The notes under the pieces are model-generated. The model ran no database searches, was not told the DNA's origin, and saw only the letters and a list, made by a program, of their open reading frames with translations. A stretch of DNA of 43,833 nucleotides from Octopus sinensis (Eukaryota): assembly GCF_006345805.1 (NCBI RefSeq), contig NW_021834948.1:1-43833 (forward strand). The letters run 5' to 3'. Position numbers and translations under genes: made by a program. Each line of letters opens with the position of its first letter. Position 1 is the stretch's first letter. This document shows positions 36,382 to 43,833 of the stretch, piece by piece.

Positions 36382-36710
36382 TTATAATTTATGCGTCTCG
36401 AAACAAACCGACAGAAATTCTAAAAATCCGTTATTACCGTATTGGTCCAATTTCGGGGTTAATTCAAAGAATTCTCCCTCTTCAGCAATAAATACGTGGG
36501 ATATAAGTGAAATACTTATTCATAACCATGGAAAGTAAGCACTAAGTCCTGTGCTGCTTTTTCCATGGGTATGAAAAGTATTTCACTTATATCCCACGTA
36601 TTTATTGCTGAGAGGGGAGAATTATTTTAATTAACCCCGAAATTGGACAATACGGTAATAACGGATTTTTAGAAATTCTGTCGGTTTGTTTCGAGACGCA
36701 TAAATTATAA
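36382..36710. mobile_element. Foldback/MITE-like element: about 160-bp inverted arms, 8-nt spacer
   Basis: Left arm ttataatttatgcgtctcgaaacaaaccgacag...ccatggaaagtaagcac is the reverse complement of the right arm gtgctgctttttccatgg...tttcgagacgcataaattataa with about 11 differences by eye; TTATAA at both ends. Confidence 0.75.
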
Positions 36711-36861
36711 TGATATGACAATTTTATATTTTTTTCGAATATTTGGCATTAGAATTTTTCTTTTGCCCTATCTGGTAATTATTTATAAATTAACCTTTAA
36801 AGGTTTATTTTTGATATGCTGGCTATATATATATATATTTATATATATTATAGCTTCCCGT

Positions 36862-36896
<35 letters not shown>

Positions 36897-36998
36897 TATA
36901 TAATATATATAATATATATATAATATATATGATATATACAGATAGATAGATGGATTTGGATAGGCGAGCGAGACAGACAGGAAAGATTGTATATATGT

Positions 36999-37057
<59 letters not shown>

Positions 37058-37074
37058 GTATGTATGTATGTATG

Positions 37075-37141
<67 letters not shown>

Positions 37142-38029
37142 CTGTTATTTGCTTTCTATATAATCATTCATAAAATGATCCACCATTCACAGAAGAAGCA
37201 AACACTACATATAATTAATTACTAAAAAGATTTTGCAAAGATTTGTCTGACAGTGACTTCGAAGTTTCCGTAGTAGCCGACTTCTTCGAACCAATTTTTC
37301 TCTTTTTTCACTCGTTATAATTATATCCATTTCGCATGCCATATCTTACCACATGTTATGAATCCCAGCAAAATCGATAGATACACAATTTAAATTCCGT
37401 TAAAAACGGAGCCCCAGTATGGCCGTACTCCAGCACCAGTGACAGAATAACAGAATATAAGAATATAATGAAAGAATTACCATAGAGGTCACACAGTGTG
37501 ACAATATGGCGTCATTTCCTCTCTTAGAAATTATGAATTGCTGAGGTCTACAGTGGAAATATAAATTTTACAGTTCTCATCGCTAATATGTCATCCATTT
37601 TGTTTGTTTTGTACCACGTGATCGCTGCCTTTCTTCCCCTCTCTCCTTCTCAGACACAAACTGTTTTCGACTTTATTTATCCGTTTCTGTGGCTCTTTCG
37701 ACATCCCTGTCTCTCTCTCTCTTTCTATCTCTATCTCTCTACCGATCTATCTACTTGTGTATCTATCTGTCTATTTATCTATCTATCAATGCATCTACCT
37801 ACATATGTTTGCATATATATATATATATATATATATACATATGTCTAGCTTTTGTATTTGTCTGTCTAACTATTTGTCTTTTTCACTCCTACAAATTTGA
37901 AAATATTTCAAATACATTCACCTCGATGTCAGAATATTGTTTCAGATATTTTTAATACATCATCAATTATATGTGTGCAAATATATACATACATATATTT
38001 ATATATGATATATGATATTACATGATATA

Positions 38030-38154
<125 letters not shown>

Positions 38155-38367
38155 TATATATATTTATACATACACACATATATACGTGTTGTTAGTAGAA
38201 ACAAGCTTCTTACCAGTTAGCCACGCTACGCCGAAAAGTGCAACTTATTTACACAATAAATACTCTAAGGGATATTTTGCGAGGTAAATATTGTGAGGGT
38301 AAAGATCACGCTGAGGAATTTCCTGACGATGGGTCATTTTATGAATGTGCAGCAGATGCAGCAGGGA

Positions 38368-38450
38368 GACTCGAGGACTGAGAGTTTCGTTCATTGGCAC
38401 TTATCAGACTTTGATGGGTGCCAATTCACGAAACTTTCGGATCATGAGTT
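38368..38450 (+). ncRNA. Candidate microRNA precursor hairpin
   Basis: Unbulged 39-position stem (28 Watson-Crick, 7 G:U, 4 mismatches), 5-nt terminal loop, CTGC (CNNC) at 38454. No match to a miRNA family I recognise. Confidence 0.45.
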
Positions 38451-39016
38451 ATTCTGCTACATACTCTGTGTTATTTTTGCTAAATGCTAATAGACACACA
38501 CACACACACACAAACATACATACAAAATATATATATATATATATATATAAACGATATAGATATAGGTAGATAGAGAGATAGATGGGCATATGCATGCATA
38601 CGTACATACATATATACGTACATAAAATATATACATAGATACAAGCATACATATGTACATACACACACACACATACATACATACATGCATGCATACATAC
38701 ATGTATACATAAATACATGAATACATACATACATGCATACATACATACATACATACATACATGCATACATACATACATACATACATACATACATACATAC
38801 ATACAAATGTGCGTACTACAAAACATAGGTATATTGAAGCATATGTGATAATGATAGACAGGGAGAGATGTATATATTTGCGTGTTTGTGTTCATATATT
38901 TTTCGAGTGTGCGCGCCTAAACAATTCAGCGATGAAGGGAGCGAGGAGTTGGACCAGAAGGGGAGCGAGAAGGGGCAAACAAAACATGGAGCTGTAGACA
39001 GTTGTATATATGCCTG

Positions 39017-39053
<37 letters not shown>

Positions 39054-39305
39054 CAAGACAGACAGACACACACACAGACATACATACGTGTGAATGAGCG
39101 TGTGTTGTACAAGTGTAGAGACCTCTGCGTGTTGTGTATCAATAATATTCTAGTTTGACCTCGTTAGATGTGTCTGATCATGTTTAGCCCCGGCGCGGTG
39201 ATTAAACCAGGAGTTGGTGGCGAAGGGGGGTGAGAATTGATGAATGATCAGCGTAATCATGTGTGGCTAACTCTCTCAATTCTCTCTTCCTTTATCTCTT
39301 TCTTT

Positions 39306-39336
<31 letters not shown>

Positions 39337-39470
39337 CATAAGTATGGCTAAAATATATATATATATATATAATATATATATATATCCCTGCATATATACA
39401 TATATTATAGATATGTATGTATATATATATATATATGTATATACATATGTGTGTCTGTGTTCTATATCTA

Positions 39471-39550
39471 TATATGTACGTATTTCTGTATATACGCTTT
39501 CCAAATATACATTTATTTGGAAAGCGTATATACAGAAATACGTACATATA
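39471..39550. repeat. Perfect 37-bp inverted repeat with 6-nt loop
   Basis: tatatgtacgtatttctgtatatacgctttccaaata - tacatt - tatttggaaagcgtatatacagaaatacgtacatata. Confidence 0.95.
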
Positions 39551-40328
39551 CATATGTATACGTACATATGTATACGTACATATACATATGTATGATTACA
39601 TGTATGTATGTATGCTTGCATGTGTATAGATATATATATTTGTAGATTTGTGAGTCTTCGTGTATGATTAAATTGTTTTTGTACATACATACCGATGTAC
39701 CTACACATACACACATACACACATACACACACACACATATGTATATATAATTCCTGGATTATCCTTCATTCACTGTTCAAACTAACTAATAGCAAAAGAA
39801 AGAAACGAAATAGAAATAAAAAACAAATTAACGAATCAATATATAAACAAAGAACTACACTAAACAGAATAAATTAATAGGAAACTAACACGTCTAGTGG
39901 TCTCTTATAAAAACTTTACAACGAGTGTACTTGATATGTATGCATGACTTCACGAATTTACTTGAGTGTGGCAACTTGCAAACGGGCAATAAACAAGCGG
40001 AACATAAACTACACATATAAACAGAGTCTTATGTATTTATGTAATTAATATATATATATATATATGTATATATATATGTACACGTACGTGTGTGTAGGTT
40101 TGTACGGAGGTATATTTGGACTATAATTTAGGCGGAGGTACATAAAATATATATATTATATTATCTATATATATTTATATATATTATATATGGAGATATA
40201 TATAGAGTTAATATATATATATAATATATCTATATATATAGATATATATATATTATATGTATATTATATAGAGTATACTATATATATAGAGGTATATATA
40301 TATAATATATATATATATAATATAATAT

Positions 40329-40421
<93 letters not shown>

Positions 40422-41004
40422 GTAGTAGTATGTATGCATATTTTTGTATGTGTGTGGTGTGTGTGTATTCTCAGAGACAGTATGTGCACTAGACGTGTAA
40501 GAAAAAAAAAGTAGATGTACCTAAAAACAAAATACAGAATGAAATACAAGCAGTAAGTAGAATATAGCAAAGACGATATTAAAAAAAGAGAATCATCTGC
40601 GTTCTGTAAATTGGTTTCTACCAATGGAGATTCTAGTGGAATAATTGTGTCAGAAGATTTGTTTTTAGCTTTCGTCTGTGTTTATATGGCTGTGTACGTG
40701 TTTGTGTGCATCTTTCTATATATGCGTTTATGTGCTTAAGTGAGTGTGTATAAAGGTGTACGCTGGGGCCGTTAGTGTTGGTTACTTTTATATATATGTA
40801 TAATGTACGTATATATATGTATATAATACATATATATATATATATATATATATACATAATATATATAATATATATTATATACATACATATAATATATATA
40901 GCAATATATATAATCTACGTATATATATAATGTATATATACAATATATATACACACACATATATATATATATACTTATATATATATATAAAAAGGAGAAA
41001 GAAG

Positions 41005-41044
<40 letters not shown>

Positions 41045-41354
41045 CACACACACGTATCTCTTCTGTTATATGAGTGCTAGGTAATATGTGTTTATGCGTG
41101 TGCACAGTTTATGTTGATATATATATAATATATTATATATAAAACATATATTATATATATATATATATACTGATATATAAATGTGTGTCTTCGCGCGCGT
41201 ATGCTTGTTTATATATCGTATATGCAAATGTACACATAAAAGTTATACATATACATATATTTATGTATGTATGCGTTACTATATTATAATCTGTGCTAGT
41301 TTATCTATTTCTATACGCATATATATATGCATATTCATATATATATAATGTATA

Positions 41355-41445
<91 letters not shown>

Positions 41446-41699
41446 CGTGTTGTGTGTATGTGTTTGTGAGTGTATGTAAGTGTAGTTGAATGTTTGTTTA
41501 TCGAATATTGTGTGTGTGTATATGTTCTAGTTGTATGTTTGCTATCGTTTCCATTTTTAATACCATTAGCATGAAGATGAACATTAGCACCAGAATCCTT
41601 CGTCATTATCATCAACTTCACCATTATTATCACACCTCGCCGTCATCGCCGTCACTTCACCGACTGCTTCGTCCGCATTCTCTCATTCATCACCAACAC

Positions 41700-42160
41700 C
41701 AACACCATGACCACTACCACCACCACCACCACCACCACCACCACTACCATCGTTATCACCACTTTTGCTATCCTCATCGTCATCGTCCTACTCCTCCTCC
41801 TCATCATCATCATCAGCATCATCACCATCATTAACTTTATCTTCATCATTACCATCATCATCACGATCACCATCATCATTCATCATCACCATGATTAACA
41901 GCATCACCACCGACAACAACACTATTATCACCTTCATTATCATCAGTGTCATCTCAATCATAACCTTATCATCATCATCATCAACACAATATCATGTATC
42001 TATTATTATATTCGTGTGTTGCTTGTTAATATGGAGAGTGGTTATCTTTTTGTGGTGGTGGTGGTGTGGTGGTGGTGCTGGTGGTGCTGGTGGTGGTGCT
42101 GGTGGTGGTGCTGGTGGTGGTGCTGGTGGTGGTGTGGTGGTGGTGCTGGTGGTGCTGGCC
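41700..42160. repeat. (CAC/CAT)n and (GGT/GCT)n degenerate trinucleotide repeats
   Basis: Direct reading. Confidence 0.85.
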
Positions 42161-42165
42161 GTTGC

Positions 42166-42406
42166 TGTGGCGAGGTGGCAGAAACGTTGGAGCGTCGGCA
42201 AAATATTAATTCCGGTATTCAATCGAACTCTTTACATTCGCAGTTCAAATTCCGTTGTAGTCTGCCTCTCACTTTTCAATTCTTTCGGGTCTGAGGCAGA
42301 ATGAAATACAAATGAAATACTGCTATCGAAGTTAATGGATCAATCCGCATCCCCACCAAAACTCACATTTGCTGGTCTTGTACCTCAATTAAAAATCGTC
42401 ATTATT
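42166..42406 (+). mobile_element. SINE family A, old diverged copy
   Basis: gtggcgaggtggcagaaacgttg ... cagttcaaattccg ... ttctttcgggtc ... ttgctggtcttgtacc tail. Confidence 0.7.
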
Positions 42407-42610
42407 TTAACGTATATTAACTGAAGTATGGAGAGCGCAGAGGAGTGCATCCGCGGTTGGATCGTCCCCAAGCAGAAAGGGAACCGGAATTTTGAAGAAT
42501 CTTTAAGAAAATATTTAGGATGAAGAGAAGGGGATGAGAACAAAGAAGAATGGAAAATAGAGTTTAGATAAAACAAGCAGCAGCAGTAGTGTGTGTGTGT
42601 GTGTGTGTGC

Positions 42611-42643
<33 letters not shown>

Positions 42644-42977
42644 ATGTGTATGTGTGTGTATGTGTGTGTGTTTTATTAAATCTTCGAAATCATCACGGAA
42701 TTGTTTCACATTCCCGTTCGTCGAACAGTTGTGCTAAATACATACAAAAACATATACCTATACATATGTGGTACATATGTATATACATATACATAACATG
42801 TGTGTATATATATATATATATGCATATATGTATTTGTATATATATATATATGTGTGTGTATATATGTGTATATATATATAATATATATAGATATATATAT
42901 ATATATATAATACATACATACACACCATACACATACACACACACAACATATATATAATAATATATATATATATATCT

Positions 42978-43365
42978 AAATGCTTTCTAATCGACGTATA
43001 AAATACCGTCAGATGGTAAGTTTCTCTAAAACAAGCAGAGAAATTCTCACAATACAAAGATCTGGAAATAGAGATAACTGTAATATGAAACTTAAAAACA
43101 GGAACAATTACTATCATAATAGGCGCATTAGGTATGATAAAAAATATTCAGACAAACACATAACGAAAACACCAGGACTTACAAATATATATAACTTAAG
43201 AAAACAGCACTACTGTTCGCCGCACACATCCTGCGCAAAACACTTTCAATACAGTCACCAAAAGAGCAGCACAACAAACCACAGCACATAGCCAAGGCAC
43301 ATAGAGCCGCGCTCGTCAGTGAATTGAAAGCACGTGACAGAAATAAGAGCACGGAATAGTAGTAA
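42978..43365 (+). mobile_element. R4/Dong-like retrotransposon (family 2), 3' end with RLE C-terminus
   Basis: Frameshifted translation KCFLIDV..PSD..VSLKQAEKFSQYKDLEIEIT...NLKTGTITIIIGALGMIK..SDKHITKTPGLTNIYNL.KTALLFAAHILRKTLSIQ, then 3' UTR homologous to 19275-19350. Confidence 0.88.
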
Positions 43366-43516
43366 AAAGGACAAGGCGGCAAAATTTAGAGAAGCAACAG
43401 CTTATATTATTGCAGCTGTTTTTGGTGGGGCCTGTAATGGCGGCTATATATTGGTTTGTGTTGTCAGGCGGGTTAGATGGAGTAGTTGAAATCAGGAGGA
43501 AGACAAATAAGAGGGG

Positions 43517-43618
43517 AAACCCGAAGGAGGAAGGGCGAAGTTGACTTCGGCACAACTTGAAATCAGAACGTAAAGACAGACCAAATGCCCAGCAGGTTGG
43601 CGATTCTACCAGCTCACC
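43517..43618 (-). mobile_element. SINE family A fragment
   Basis: cccgaaggaggaagggcgaagttgacttcggcacaacttgaaatcagaacgtaaag...cgattctaccagctcacc. Confidence 0.7.
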
Positions 43619-43737
43619 AATAATATAATAATAATAATAATGATGATGATGGTGGAGGTGGTGGTGAAGGTGTATATGAATTCGTGTACGTATTTCAGTA
43701 TTATTGTATGTAAATATGTATCTAATAATATACAAGG

Positions 43738-43795
43738 TGGTGAACAGTTGCTCCAGCATCGCCACAGTGTAATGACTGAAGCAAGAAAGAAATAC
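43738..43795 (+). mobile_element. SINE family B 3' tail fragment
   Basis: ttgctccagcatcgccacagtgtaatgactgaagcaag. Confidence 0.6.
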
Positions 43796-43833
43796 AAGAT
43801 ACATATATAGACACATACATACATACATACTAC

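Noticed and set aside
11207-37790. Strand bias of (GATA)n arrays
   Set aside because: Only four long arrays, and a degenerate opposite-strand (TATC)n exists near 37740; not significant.

Overview
Extremely microsatellite-rich, AT-rich animal genomic DNA. The SINE families and repeat landscape point to an octopus/coleoid cephalopod (inference from recognition, not a database search). No host protein-coding exon could be supported, and almost all ORFs in the supplied track are translated simple repeats, so the window is most likely intronic or intergenic. Recognisable content: (i) about 25 copies or fragments of four SINE/SINE-like families; (ii) decayed non-LTR retrotransposons: two R4/Dong-like families (RT motif, CCHC knuckle and PD-D endonuclease), two copies of which sit inside (TAA)n-type microsatellites, a Hero-like 3' end fused to a SINE head, and an RTE-like 3' end; (iii) one end of a Tc1/mariner element; (iv) a 329-bp near-perfect foldback. 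The most interesting unexplained structures are a pre-miRNA-like hairpin at 38368-38450 with plus-strand-specific G:U pairing, two copies of a minimal type I hammerhead-like motif with a non-canonical CUGUNGA core (22394-22431, 33611-33648), a perfect 37-bp hairpin (39471-39550), and several transcription-factor motif clusters. All alignments, translations and base-pairings were done by eye; boundaries are approximate.
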